DNA of 64,000 nt. Source: Octopus vulgaris. Its lineage: Eukaryota. The position numbers and the translations under genes are program-made. The stretch lies in assembly GCA_951406725.2 (NCBI GenBank), contig OX597822.1, forward strand, positions 82,832,001-82,896,000. Reading direction: 5' to 3'. Below, piece by piece: positions 1-15,094 of the stretch; within the stretch, counting starts at the first letter, position 1; every line of letters begins with the position of its first letter. The notes under the pieces are model-generated. The model was not told where the DNA came from, did not search any database, and saw nothing but the letters and a program-made list of their open reading frames with translations.

Positions 1-3000
1 GTTCAAGCCAGCTGGAGATGATGTCTCCTGGGGCTAAATTACAGCAACATTAGTCCTAAACCAGGACTGCCATGTTATGTTGGCAAACAACCTTTACTAC
101 ATTATATCTCTTCCCTTACAAATTAGTAACCTCGTGACAAATGTAGACTTAAGTTCATTTTGCATCCACGTGGTTTTGAGTTCTGTTCCACTGCATGGCA
201 CCTCAGACAAGTGTCTTCCACTGTAGCCCTTGACCAACCAATTTCCTTGGGAGCAAATTTGTAAGATGGAAACTGTGGAAGTCCACCATGTGTGTATTTG
301 TGTGTGTTTCTTTACGTCCCCATAACTTGGTGGTTCGGCAAGGGAGACTGATAGAGTAAGTGCCAGACTTGCTAAGTACTGGGGATGATTTAGTCAATTT
401 GTTCAAAAATCCCTCCAGGTGGTGCCCCAGCATAGCCATACCTTCTATAACTGAAGGCGGTAGAAATAGCAGTGCCATGTTATTTTTCAGTTTTTAGTTT
501 CGTATATCTTTTAGTACTTTCAGGGTTTGTGAAATATGCATAAGTGAGATCCTGGAATCTGCTCAGTGATCTCTGATTCTTCTCTCTGGAACTCTGTAGA
601 GAATCATTATTGTCCTTGAATATATTGTTAGCATAGAATAGAAGCAAACTGCTGGTGAGCCTAGACTGTCTGAGACTCTTTCACTGGAACCATTATAGTT
701 GTTTCTGATGAATACCAAGAAGAAAAGCATGCCTTGCCATGCAGTCTTAATTTCCTTTCTCGGTGATTCTAAACCCACATTCCTCCAATATAATGAATCA
801 ATATTATATAGGATCACATTATGCCATAGATTTATTTTAGTTCTGAGTCATAATTGATTTTATTGCTTATCAAAAGTCTATCTAAGGATAATACATCTTT
901 TGTATAGCATCCATTTTATACTAAATATTGATTTGAAGTGGTATTTTTTGCTGTGTATTTTTTCCCTTCATAAATTAAAATTTTCCTTTTTTTTAAAAAA
1001 AAAAAAAATTGTGCACAATGTAACATTTTGATTTTTTTTCTATTTTTCTAATTTTTAAAAAATTTAATTTTCAATTTCACAAATCAGATCATTTCAACCA
1101 CTCATCCGTTCTTCCTTAATGTTTAAGCAGAAAAATAATCTTCGCATTTTAAATAGTTATTTCACACATTAGATAGACTTCAATATCTGGTACTGATATC
1201 TGCTAATTCTCCACATGAACATATTAAATGCAAGAAGGCTTCATGGGTATATTTACATGAAAGACAATGTTCTGTAATAGTCTAATCTTGACAGCTGTTT
1301 CGGGTGAACCATGGCAAATGCCATAATCACATGATAAAGATTCATAATGTTGTAGGTGTATGGAGTAACACGAGTTCTTGTAGATGCACGAAACAATGTC
1401 TTGTCACTTGCAGATTTTTGCTAATGTGTGTTTGTGTGTAATATATATCTATATCTATATATCTGTCTCACAAGATACTTGTAAGTGGAATTTGGATGCT
1501 TTGGAAAATCATTGTGGAAATGTTTGTGTTTACATTGTTCCATAACCTGTGAGACACAGTGGACGGAAATCGATAAAATAAGTAACCAAATTATAATTAG
1601 TATTGGTAGATTTATGGGTGTAATAAAGTAAGTACTTGAAGGCAGTGCTGTAGCATGGCCTCAGCTGAATGTCTGAAATTAGTAAGATAATTGTAAAACT
1701 AATAAAGTTTTGCTTTAAAATACTTCTTGGTATTAAAGCTGAAAGAATGTATGTTTTCTTGAACCTGGAAGAAATTTTAATGGAATCTACATAGAAGCCT
1801 AAGTTTGTGCTTTGTTCTGGAGAATTTAACAAATAAGACTAGATATACTGTTTAAACTATAAATCTAGTTGTCTGCTATTGAAGCTAGTTGTGTGCCTTT
1901 CCTTTGAGAAAGTCTTCCCTCTAGAATACTAGAAAAATCTAGTTTAAATCCAGACTAATTTTCTTTTCTCTAATCCTAAATATTTATTTTAATTACAACT
2001 GCAAAGAAGTACCTCATCTCACTTTTTTTTTAACAAACATTCTATCGTTGCCATTGGCATCAGTCTAAATATTCTTTCTCCTTTTTAATTTGTGTGCGTT
2101 CATGTGTGTTGATATATATATATATAATGTGCCCACGCACACACAACACTGATACACATCTTTTATCAAATATTCAAATTTGATATTTATCAAATCCACA
2201 GCCCCAATTCATTCAAGCTTCGTATCGGGTAGGTAGTTGCTCTCACATTCCTCATCTTCTTTCTCTTTTTCACTCTGCCCCCTTCTCTCTCTCTCTCTCT
2301 CTTTCTCATTACCTTTCCCCCTCCCCCATCTTTTTCTACTTTATATAATTGCTTCAGTGACTAATGAATAATACTTTGTATTATTATGTTTTAGTCACTA
2401 TCACTCACTGCTCATTGATGTTTCTTTTACTAATGTTCTAATAACTGTTTTTATTTAAAAAATATATATATATAGTGTGTGTAAATATGTATATAGGTAT
2501 ATATGTATATGAAATTATATATATTCATATAAACGATACAAAACACATAAGTGCATACTTATCTAATATTATACAGTATTATCTCTACAAATATACTTTT
2601 CTATTTTTACCTCTAGATTTGACTTAAAAATCTTAAACCATTTCCATTATATTATTTATCTGTGACGCCACGTTAAAAACAATCCTAACTAAATGTGTCT
2701 GGTGACGCTTCCAAGAATTTAACTTGACTGCAATCTTCAAAATCTGCAAAAGTAGTCAGCATGTGGGCCTCACTTGTTTTAGAGAATACTTATTTTCTCT
2801 GCAGTGATGCTAGTTGATTTACTTTCTTTTTGTTCCTCCTTGGAGATGTACTTTGTTTCGCAAAACCTTAGATATCCTGTGGTCCCAAAGATGTGTGTTT
2901 AAAAATTCTTGCTGCAAGTTCATCTTTCTTCATTTATCGCCAGGATTTGGTTGAAAAAAAATTAAAAAAAAGAAGGAAAACCACATTGATAAATGTACAC

Positions 3001-4019
3001 TCTCCATACACCTTGTAAATGGAATGACTGGTAGGTTCATTGGCACCAAACTCATAGCCCACACCAGTGAAACTTCCACATTCATCTGTTTTCTTGATCA
3101 TCTCAAACCTTTTTCCTGTAGAGCATACACTCATCTGTTTTGTTTGTTAGGATCAGGTACCTTCATATTTTTTTGTTTGCTAGTCCCAGGTGGATGGGTA
3201 TGCATATGTAAATCCATTATAAAATACTAAATCCCTATATAAATTATGCAGCCTCACTGTGCATGGGGATTGGTGGACATTGTGGGTGGTTGCTGGGGTA
3301 TGTTTTCGCAATCCAAGCAGAATCTTTGACTGATTGCTGACTTGTATATCACAGATCAATTTGTGATAAGTGTATCATGGTTCACAGTTGAGTGTAACCA
3401 TATTATCCTTGATTAGTGATAAACTAGGGTATTAAGTGGATTGGCAGCCTTGTTCCAGACGACATTTTAAGCGATCATTTAATTCATTTGAAATAGAGGC
3501 CAGTTCTTAAAATCCCATCTCAAAGAAAAATGTCGAAGATAAATGTATTTTTGAGATGCCTTTAAAATAGATCCACTGGTCATGGATGGCAATCATTTAA
3601 GTACAGATTTGTTAGATCAGTTTAACTTCAGGCTAAACAACAAAAGAATCATAAAAGTAATTTGCCACTGGTGCACAACACCTCTGTGCCTGCTTGCATA
3701 GTTCTGTTAGTTTCTTCATTAAAGAAGTGCCTTGGTTGGAGACGAATTTAGTTAGGACAGTCAGGTTTTAAAATAACAATATAGCAAAGGGTTTCATTTA
3801 TTATTCACTTTGAATCTTGTTTAATAATTGTCAAGGCATACATGTTATACAAATGGATGGATATACATCATACACACACGTACATGTAGTACACTGGTAT
3901 AATTAATTGCTTATATGTAATATACACATGCTATTGAAGTCTATGTAGCTGTTAATATATACATATTCTTTAATTATATGTAACTCTGTATGCATTATAC
4001 AAGTATATACAACTGAATA

Positions 4020-4570
<551 letters not shown>

Positions 4571-5053
4571 TGCTCACAAACATTTTGGTCTTTCTATTTG
4601 TTGTTAAATCCATATTGTACTAATCTCAAACAATTAATGTTGTGTTTTGCATCTTAGTCTTTAATCTCTAACATCCATCAAATCTCTGCACCCTAATCCT
4701 AGTCTTTAATAATCTCTAATATCCACCAGCTCTTGCACCCTTAATTGGTTTGCCATTAAGATATCTCATCATTATTTCTGCTTATTTTTTTCACCTCTTT
4801 CGATAGTTTCTCACCAATATTGACATTTTTTTTTTATTTAATGCATGTTTATTTTATTTTTCACTATTTGGTTATTTTATAAAAAAAAACAAAACAATTA
4901 ATATAATTTCTTTTAATAATTATGTTTTTGTTACTTTTAGTGTTTATCACATGTTAATACCAGTTTTATTTGTTCTGTTTTCACTTGGTTTATCATAAAA
5001 TAAATAAATACACATGCATAACTCCACCCACTTGGTGTTAGTGCATCAATTAC

Positions 5054-5084
<31 letters not shown>

Positions 5085-5149
5085 AATTATTCCTTCAAAC
5101 ACGTGTTGAAATTGACGGGAGCAACCACCATCATCATTATTAAAGTAAA

Positions 5150-6445
5150 AAGTGATGAGCTGGCAGAGAACTGTTGGCACGTTGGGCAAAACGCTTAGCA
5201 GCATTTCGTCTGTCTTTATGTCTGAGTTCAAATAGCATTGAGGCTGGCTTTACTTTTCATCCTTTAGGAATTGATGAAATAAGTATCAGTTGATGTAATC
5301 AACTTACCCCCTCTCTCCCTAAAAAGCTGGCCTTGTGCCTATATAGTAGAAAGAATGATTATTGTTACAAGTTCAAATTGTGCCGAGGTTGACTTTACCT
5401 TTCATCCTTTCGGGGTCAATAAAATAAGTACCAATTGAACACCGGGTTCAATGTAATCAACTATCTCCATCCTGCCCCACCAAATTTCAGGCCTTGTGCC
5501 TATAATAGAAAGGATTATTATTATTATTATTATTTCATATATGTACAACAGATTAAACTGTTGGAAAAGAAGAATTTCTAACATCAGGCTACAATTATCA
5601 TTATTATTATTGTTATTACCAGTTGAAGACTGGGGTCAGTATAATCAATTCATCTCCTGCCCCAAGATTGCTGCCCTTGTGGCAAAATTTGAAACCATTA
5701 TTATTATTATTGTCCAACCCATGCCAGCATGGAAAGCAGATGTTCAGCAACGATGATGATTATGAAGGCGATGAGCTGCTGGCTGAGTCATTAGTCAGTC
5801 GGACAAAATGCTTAATAGCATTTTTTTTGGCTTTAGGTTTGGAGTTTAAATGCTGTCGAGGTGGATTTTTGCCTTCCATCCTTTCAGGGTCAATAAAATA
5901 AGGACCAGTCAAGCACTGGGGGGTCGATGTAATTGACTACTCCCTTCTCTCAAATTTAAGGCCTTGTGCTTATGCTATTATTATTATTATTGAGGCAGTG
6001 AGCTGGCAGAATTGTTAGCACGCCTGGTGAAATGCTTAGTGGTATTTTGTCAGCAGCTATGTTCTGAGTTCAAATTCTGCTGAGGTTGACTTTGCCTTTC
6101 AACCTTTCGGGGTTGATAAATTAAGTACCAGTTGCATACTGACGTCTATCTAATCGACTGGTCCCCATCACCCCCAAATTTCAGGCCTTGTGCCTATAGT
6201 AGAAAGGATTATTATTATTGTTATGAAGGCCGCGAGCTGGCAGAACGGTTCGCACACCTGACAAATTGCTCAGTGGCATTTCGTTGGTCTTTCTATTCTG
6301 AGTTCAAATTCCCCTGAGATTGACTTTACCTTTCATCCTTTCAGGGTCATAAAATGCATATTAGCTGAGTTCTGGTGGTGTTATTATTGACTTATCCCTC
6401 CTGCAACATTTCAGGCATTGTGCTTATAATAAAGATTATTATTAT
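5150..6445 (+). mobile_element. Head-to-tail cluster of ~6 tRNA-derived SINE copies (family 1) separated by (ATT)n tails
   Basis: Repeated gagctggcagaa..gttagca..ttctgagttcaaattc..gactttgcctttcatcctttcggggtcgataaa..aagtaccag..ggccttgtgcc units. Confidence 0.85.
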
Positions 6446-6962
6446 TAATGAAAATTACACTGAGAATGGTTGCTGAGGGAGGTTTTGGCTTCAGTTTTAA
6501 TTCATCTGTTGCTGATAAAAAGATAGAAGTACCAGTTGTTATACTGGGGGATGGGAGGTTGCTTCAGTTGATCTTTTATCTCTTCCCCTTCAACACAACT
6601 AGTCCTGTGTCCAGTCCAAAGTAATTATTTTAATTATGTACGAATGTTTTAATTTGGCCAAGTGTGTTATTGCAATTTGAAATTCCCTTTTTAAAGTTGA
6701 CCAAGTTTATTTCTAAAACCAATAAATTAAAATTATGAAAAACTAAAAGAAAAATCAGATAAACTCTTCTTTCTCAGACTCTCTCCATCAATTAATGCCA
6801 TTTCATCTCATGTTTTGTTTGTACTTTTTTTGTTCTTTTTCGTAAATTTTATTTATTTTCTTCTTTGCTATAATTTCCATTTCAATCACATTATATAACT
6901 CTCTGAAATATAAGTTATTATCCAAGAAGAATTGAAGGAAAGAAAAAGATTCCGTCACAATG

Positions 6963-7345
6963 TAGGCACAGGTTTGGCTGTGTAGAAAGATGTTGCTTCT
7001 CAACCACATAGTTCTGGGGGTCAATCCCACTGCATGGCACTTTGGGCAAATGTCTTCTACTATAGCCACAGGCTGACCTTAAGCCTTGTGAGTAGATTTG
7101 GTAGATGGAAACTGAAAGAAGCCTATTGTGTGTGTTTGTGTTTGTTTGTCCCCCACCACCTTTTGACAGCTTGTATTGGTGAATTTATGTCATCATAACT
7201 TAGTGGTTCGGCAAAAGAGACTGATAGAATAAGTACCAGGTTTACAAAAAAAAAAAAGTACTGGGTGGTGTGATTCATTTGATAAAAAATTCTTCAAGGT
7301 GGTGCCCCAGCATGGCCGCAGTCAAGTGACTGAAAGCAATAAAAC
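6963..7345 (+). mobile_element. tRNA-derived SINE, family 2 (internal GT microsatellite, ccttgggcaagtgtc core)
   Basis: ggctgtgtagaaag..caaccacatagttctgggg..cccactgcatggcactttgggcaa..gtgccccagcatggccgcagtc. Other copies at ~170-460, ~14603-14760, ~15755-16062 and ~18340-18750 (+), and ~32370-32715, ~44480-44575 and ~61070-61200 (-). Confidence 0.85.
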
Positions 7346-8232
7346 TGAAGGGACAAAAAAAAAGAAATAGAACAAAAGAAAAAGAATCGTTATCCATCTC
7401 TCACCTCTATCTGTTCATGTTTTGGCCCCACCCCCGTTTTGATCTGTAATAGCCAAAGTGCAAGTCAACTCAAAAATCTGAGCTGTGTATGTGTGTGTAA
7501 GTGCCTCTGTGTGTGTGTGTGTGTGTATGTGTGTGTATAAGTGCGTGCGTGCATGCGCTTTCTTTAATTTTGGTCGCCTGCCTAACTCTTGCTACTCCGC
7601 AGGATTATTCCACTGCCATCTACCCCTGCATCTATCCTAATATTATCCAATGAATCGGCTGCTGCTATTTATTGTCCCTTCTCATAAGAATTATTGATAC
7701 TACTACTACTACTACCACCACCACTATTACTGTTGTTATTATTGACACCCATGCCTTTTGGTCTCTGTTGGCTGTCATAATGACTTAATGGTCCAAGTGT
7801 TGTTGAGCAAGAAAAATATTTCCTTTCTAAAAAAGAAAGAACAAAAAATACAAAGAAACAGACTCTGAATCACCGTGAAACAACAACAACAACAGCAACA
7901 ACACGCTGAAAACAAACGTTTTTCTAGACAACAGGAGAGATTTAAAATTTCTTTTCCTCTGTTTGATCTTACAACACCATCACCAAATGTAAACTCTGGA
8001 TGTCAACGACAGCCACACCTGTTATTTTTATCACTATCACTGTTTTATTTTTCTTTATTTACCTGTGAATACTTTTTATGCGTAGCCTCAGTCTTCAGTC
8101 ATCTCACTGCCGTTCCTCCTAACTACCATTATTGTTATTACTGTTATTGATAGTAATAATATTCTGTGAAGAACAAGCTTGTTTCATCCCTGCAATTGCA
8201 GCCACATCTACAGCAGTTAACTGTTTCACTAG

Positions 8233-8352
8233 CCGCCTCCTACAGTGGTGCTGAATGTGTTAGTGTCAGATCGCGGTCGGCTGTCAAAGTGCAAAAACCC
8301 TCAGTGTCTAGTTCAATGTCATCTTCCAAGACGCCTTGTTCTTGTGCTGTTG
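8233..8352 (+). CDS. Candidate 120-nt exon, open in both phase-0 and phase-1 frames (ATG at 8316 in the phase-1 frame: MSSSKTPCSCAV)
   Basis: Acceptor ttaactgtttcactAG, donor TTG|gtataa followed by a long T-rich tract. GC-richer unique sequence with length a multiple of 3. Confidence 0.35.
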
Positions 8353-9319
8353 GTATAATTTTCATTTTTTTCCCCTCTCTTCTTTTTCTTCTTCAAACAA
8401 TTATTCTTCTTAATGTTATTGTTATTTGTTTGCGTTCTCGGTGCTTAACATGCTGAATTCCATTACAACTCTGTTTCTCTCTTTCCATTTTTCTCTTGTT
8501 CTTAACTCTTTGATGCTAATCTTGTGTTTTTCTTTCTTTTTTTTTCTACTTTTTGCATTTGGCCATTTTCTTTTCCTGTTGTCACGTTGAGGTCATACTG
8601 TTAAATATATTTTTCATATTCTTGTATGATATTTTACATCCTTTTTTTGTATTTCCGACACTTTCCAACATTGTATTTTCATTTTCATTAAACATTTTCT
8701 TTCCAAGTAACCAATTTCTTTTCATTTTTTTCACAAGTTTTCTTCATTTCCTTAATGTTTTTGCTTTAAATTTTTCATTCTTTCTTTATTATTATTATTA
8801 TATTCACGATTCATTTTAATTACAAAGCATAAGAAAATGAAAGATGACTGTAATAAAAATGATAAAAATGTTTAATTTACTCACTGAGCTCTAATCATAA
8901 TCAAATTCCTGTGGAGAAAAGAAAATTATTATTATTATTACTTTTATTATCTTCAACTCAGTTTTTTTTCTTTATTTTTGTTTTAGTTCCTTATTTAGCT
9001 CAATTCTTTTTTTTTTTGTTTTTTGCTGTTTTAGTATTTCTTATTATCTTTAAAGAAACACCAGAATTCTTATGATATATACATGTAAAGGTTTCCATAT
9101 TCTTACTGAACTTTGTGTCAAAATACCATGGAACTATTGTTACCTGTGTCTCATAACACCACCACCATCACCACCCATCACCATCACCTACAAATGTTTT
9201 TTTCATAACTTCACTTTCTTTGAATATTTGTTTTGAATGTATGTGTGCGCGCAGTGGAATCCACCTGTCCCCAGTTTCTTGAGGGTTGGTTAAAATTATT
9301 GCTATTATTATTATTTTTA

Positions 9320-10110
9320 AGGCAATGAGCTGGCAGAATCGTTAGCACACTGGGTGAACCGCTTAGTGATATTTCACCCGTCTTTATGTTCTGAGTTCAA
9401 ATTCTGCCATGGTTGACTTTGTCTTTCATCCCTTTGGGGTCGATAAATTAAGTACCAGTGGAACACTGGAGTCAATGTAATTTACTAGGCCCCTCCCCAC
9501 AAACTTCAGGCCTTGTGCCTTTAGTAGAAAGGATTATTATTGTGTCAAGACAGTGAGTTGGCAGAATTGTTAATATGCTGGGCAAAATGCTTAGCAGCAT
9601 CTCATCTGTCCTTACATTCTGGGTTCAAATTCCACCGAGGTCCACTTTTAGGGTTGATAAAATAAGTACCAGCTGAATACTGGGGTCGATGTAATTAACC
9701 TATCCATTCCTTGAAATTGCTGGCCTTGTGCCAAAATTTGAAACCAATCTCATAATGTGGTGGAATTTTGTTAGAGGATAGGGCAGTGCCTTGAGGTATG
9801 GTGTTTAGTTCTGATTATTCCAAGGTTGACTTTGCCTTTTATTCTTCCAGTGTCGATATAACATATACCAGTTATAAACTGTAAAAAAAATAAATAAATA
9901 AAATGACCTTATGTAAACCCTACCCCTAATTATCACTAAAGTGTTGGACCAAGTAGCTTGTGGTCTTTGTTCTGACTATAAGGTCTGAGTTCAAATTCCA
10001 CTGTAGGTCAGTTTGTCTTTCATCTTCCTGGAGTTGAGACCTGTACCAGAATCTGTACTAGATTCGATTTAATCTAAATATCTGGCCTTGTGCCTATTTA
10101 AGAAATTATT
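9320..10110 (+). mobile_element. Cluster of family-1 SINEs (two near full-length plus decayed copies)
   Basis: Same consensus motifs as the 5150-6445 cluster. Confidence 0.8.
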
Positions 10111-11012
10111 TCTAGTTGCGTATCGTATGTAAGCAACAGAACATAGCTAATCCTACCAAAATGCTAGATATTTCCATTTAAAAAAATATTTAATTAATGT
10201 AGTTTAAAAATATTGATATTTGAGTTTGCTATAGAATGTGAAGTATATATGTGTGTGGGTGGGTGTTTGTAATTGAGATTATAATTTATAATATACATGT
10301 AGATGTGTGTGTATGTAATTACATACACACACACACACACACACACCTACATACATGTATTCTACCAATTAGCTTAAATATGTATATATGTAATATTTAT
10401 TCCACCTACACTCACATGCAGATGAGACGAGAACATTTTATCATTTATATCTATGTGATATCTTGCTATTAATTTTCGCTTTTATTATCCAATAATTCTA
10501 ATCAAATTTGTTTATTCACCCTCCCCTAAAAAATTTGTGTATGTGTATATATGTAACTACCTAGTATCTATCTATCTGTATAAACTGCATCTTGTGTTTA
10601 TATACACACACATATATATAATGTTTGGCATGAAATTCCCCTGTGGTTGCCATCTCAGATCTGTGTGTGTGTGTGTGTTGTGCGGTACCCCATCCACACC
10701 CATCCAGTTTTAGTCTTGTTCTCTTTTAAGTGTTAAGAGGTGAATGTTATTGTTGTTGTTGTGGTTGCTGTAAGCTAATGGAGATTTGCTGTAAAAAGCG
10801 GTATGGTCCTGTTTTAGCTGCAGCTATTGAGCAACTGCTTTCCTTATCTTTTATTTCCCATGTTTGAGTAGATGCAACATAAATAAATAAATCAATGAAA
10901 AGAAAGAAAACTGCTCATCTGATAAAAGATGGTTGCCAACACATTTTTGCCTGTGACACAACAACAACAACAACTGTAATAACAGCAATAATAATAGTAA
11001 TAACACCACCGT

Positions 11013-11055
<43 letters not shown>

Positions 11056-11934
11056 ATATTGGTGCTAGGAAACTGGAATTTCTGCTTGGCTTGTCAGAAG
11101 AAATAAATATATAAGATAAATACTTGGAAAACAAAAAGTGGTGAAGGTGGTGGTGGTGGGGGGAATTAAGGGACAACAACAACAAAAGCATCAACAACTA
11201 CCACCTCCACAGCAATAACAGTAAAATAAACAGAAACACAAATTGTAAAGGTAGGAAGAAGATGGTTGTGGCTGTGGTGGTAGTGGTGGTGGTGGTGGTT
11301 GCAGGAGAGAAAGAGAAGAATGAAAAGCAAGGTAAAAATTATTGCAGTTGGCTGTTTAATATAGGCAAAAGAAATTATATGTAAGAATGCATTTGGCAGC
11401 TCTGTGGATGCTGCTTGTAGGGTCTATTGAATATATTGGATTTTATGTGCTGCTGTTTTTATGTATTTAGGTGTCTTGTTTCTTTTTCTGCAGTTTTATT
11501 TTATTACATTTTATCAGACTTTTCTCCTACATTGTATAGTGAGGTATAAATTGCAGATAGGAAAGACAATGCATTATACATTATATATATATATATTGTT
11601 CTCGAACAGATTATTTTAAAAATATAATTAATGCATTTTAATTTTATTATTGGGAAATATTGGAGAAATGTAATTTCGAGGAATACTGCGAAGACATTAA
11701 CCATAGCAGATATGGAATTATTATTATTATTGTTAATAATTTTCTTCAATAAATTTGTGTGAGCTTGATTAATTTTCAATTGCTCTTTCTCTCTGAATGG
11801 AAGAGAAACCTTGCTAGAATGACAATGTTTTAAACTCATAACCCTTCTCATTTTCCAAAAAATGTGCATTTCAATTCACTTGGCCATTTTTTGACTTTTT
11901 TTTGCTAGTTTTTTTTTTTTTGCTCAACTTTCTA

Positions 11935-13179
11935 GTTTGTGTGTGAGTGGGTGGGTGTATATATATAGAGGTAATGTGTGTGTGTGTGTGTTTATATGTA
12001 TGTATGTGTATGTGTATAGATAGATATATGTATATAAACATAGATATATATATATATATGTAGATATAGATTATATATATCTATATATATATAAATGTAT
12101 GTATGTATACAGATAGAGAGATAGACAGATGTGTGTATACAAATAGATAAATGTATGTATACTGATAGATAGATAGCTCGATGTATGTATATAGATAGAT
12201 AGATGTGGATAGATAGATGGATGGATAGATAGATGTGGATGGATGGATGGATAGATAAATGGATGGATAGATAGATGTAGCTAGAGAGATGGATTGATGG
12301 ATGGATAGATAGTAGATGGATAGATGTAGATGGATGGATAGATAGATGTAGATAAATAGATAGATGGATGGATAGATAGATGTAGATAGATAGATAGATG
12401 GATGGATAGATAGATGTAGATGAATAGATGTGGATAGATAGATGGATGGATGGATAGATGTAGATGGATGGATAGATAGATGTAGCTAGAGAGATGGATT
12501 GATGGATGGATAGATAGATGTATGGATGGATAGATGTAGATGGATGGATAGATAGATGTAGATAAATGGATAGATAGATGTAGATAGATAGATAGATGGA
12601 TGGATAGATAGATGTAGATGAATAGATGTGGATAGATAGATGGATAGATGTAGATGGATGGATAGATAGATAGATGGATGGATAGATAGATGTAGATAGA
12701 TAGATGATGGATGGATAGATAGATGTAGATGGATAGATGTAGATGGATAGATGGATAGATGTAGATGGATGGATGGATGGATAGATAGATAGATGGATAG
12801 ATAGATGTAGATAGATAGATGGATGGATAGATAGATGTAGATAGATAGATGGATGGATAGATAGATGTAGATAGATAGATGGATGGATAGATAGATAGAT
12901 AGATAGATAGATGGATGGATAGATAGATGGATGGATGGATAGATGTAGATGGATGGATAGATAGATGTAGATGGATGGATAGATAGATGTAGATGGATGG
13001 ATGGATGGATGGATGGATAGATAGATGGATGGATAGATAGATGTAGATGGATAGATGTGGATAGATGGATGGATGGATGGATAGATGTAGATGGATGGAT
13101 AGATAGATGTAGATAGATACATAGATGGCTAGATAGATGTATGTATATAGATAGATAGATATAGGTAGATAGATGTAGA

Positions 13180-13229
<50 letters not shown>

Positions 13230-13350
13230 GATAAATGTATATAGATAGATGTGTGTGTATGTGTATATATGCACATATAGGCACATGTGTATATATGTAG
13301 GTATATATCCATATATAGACGTGTGTGTGTATATATATAATATATATAAA
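11935..13350. repeat. Large (GATA)n/(GGAT)n compound microsatellite with an internal ~205-bp duplication
   Basis: Directly visible. The marker gtagctagagagatggattgatgg recurs at ~12277 and ~12482. Explains the long minus-strand pseudo-ORFs. Confidence 0.97.
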
Positions 13351-14160
13351 ACATTGATTAGAGAACAAACATCGAATTTGAGTCAACGATTCTATATAAC
13401 ACCATGCTTCCATACATTTGATCATATATAAATATTACCATGGCCCTTAACACATAAAGAATACATATATGAAAAACACAGAAGTTAAAATATATATATA
13501 TATATATATATGCAAATAAAAATACAACTTTATAGAGCGGCCTGTCAAGAAGGTATATACAATCGACTAAAATTCTAAAGTGTGTCATGCGACTAAAAAT
13601 TTAAATAAAATCTATCAATTGACTAAAAGAATTTTTTTATTCGCCTCAATTAAAAATATGTAAAAAAAAGTTCATTTCATAAAAAGATCTAAGTTACTAA
13701 TATGAGATAAGTGTAGGACTGGCAGAGAATAGGGCTAATACCATTTCCTAATATAATAGACCCAATGTATTGTATATTATACATTTTCTACCCCCTCATC
13801 TCTGGAAGATCTGATGAAAATCGAGATTTGTGGAAATTAATGGAGTAGTTTGAGGCCATTTCCCATTTTTCACTTCATTTCTAATTCATGAAATCATTTG
13901 TTCTTGGTATCTTTGCAAACCAAAATACCTATGTATGTAATTTCTCATTAAAATAACTCTGAATTCAAAGAGTGCTTCCATTATCATATATGATGGAAAA
14001 ATAAGTATGTACAATGAGATATCGGTAAATACAATTGAGAATATATTTCCAAAGCTAATTTACTCGCAAGATTATCTACTTTATCTGTTTGAGTCTTACA
14101 TGGTTGATTATAGTTGTCTCTAGTGAAATTTTTACTAAGATGTATCGATTGAGGAACTAC

Positions 14161-14191
<31 letters not shown>

Positions 14192-15043
14192 TTTATTTTT
14201 AAGATTATATTACTAGGAATTTAAATATAGTCTTGTGATGGTTGCTTAAATATTCTGTCACTGTTCTTTCTTTGATCATACTTGATTCACAGATGCTTGT
14301 TCTTCCCTATTTTATTTTATTTCATTTATTTTATTTTTTTTTATCTATTTATGAGCTCCAATCATCTGTTATGTCTCTCGTCAGTTCTGATTGGTCATAT
14401 TTGTGTCACTTAGGTAGCTGCTTAAATACTCACTCAGTCCATCTCTGGATGCGCAGTTATAAAAGGAAAAAAAGAAAAAAAAAAACAAATCCCAGTTTGT
14501 TGGTTTGAAGTTTATTGTATCATCTGGAATCTAGCCCTGATCATTATCATATCTTTATCACCAGGTCACTCTGCCCTGTCAGAAGATTTAGGAAATTAAA
14601 TATAGGTGCAGGCGTGTCCGTGTGGTTAAAAGGTTTGCTTTGCAACCACTTGGTTTTGAGTTCTGTCCCCATATATGTAGCACCATGGGCAAATATCTTC
14701 TTAGTATATAACCTAATACTTGTGAGTTAATTTGGTTGACAGAAACTCTATGGAAGCCCAAGATATATGTGTGTGCGTGTATTTATGCTTATGTGTGTAT
14801 GTATATATTCTTGAATTTGATGGACATATAGCATAAGCTGACTCAAATCTCTAGTGAGACTTCTTATTGATGTACCCGAAGAGACCTAGAACATGTGTTG
14901 TACTCAATAAAGTCTATTACACATTCCATCTATTTTATTAATACCCCAACCTCCCCTACGAGGTTCCTGTAATAAATCTACGGATATCAGGTGATCAAAA
15001 CTGCTTTACTCATCATCTATTTATGCATTTTGTATAATTTCTC

Positions 15044-15094
<51 letters not shown>

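Noticed and set aside
1295-1480. Possible exons after cttgacAG (1294) and a 6-nt cacaAG|ATACTT|gtaagt
   Set aside because: Weak splice signals, no recognisable homology and no phase support.
11992-13354. Long minus-strand ORFs (376, 357 and 266 aa)
   Set aside because: Translations of a (GATA/GGAT)n microsatellite; stop-free by composition only.
13805-13840. CTGATGA as a hammerhead core (also ~706 and ~53742)
   Set aside because: No helix II / GAAA / helix I arrangement could be formed.
14860-15020. Possible further Penelope/hammerhead remnant (cccgaagagac...)
   Set aside because: Core too degenerate to support a fold.
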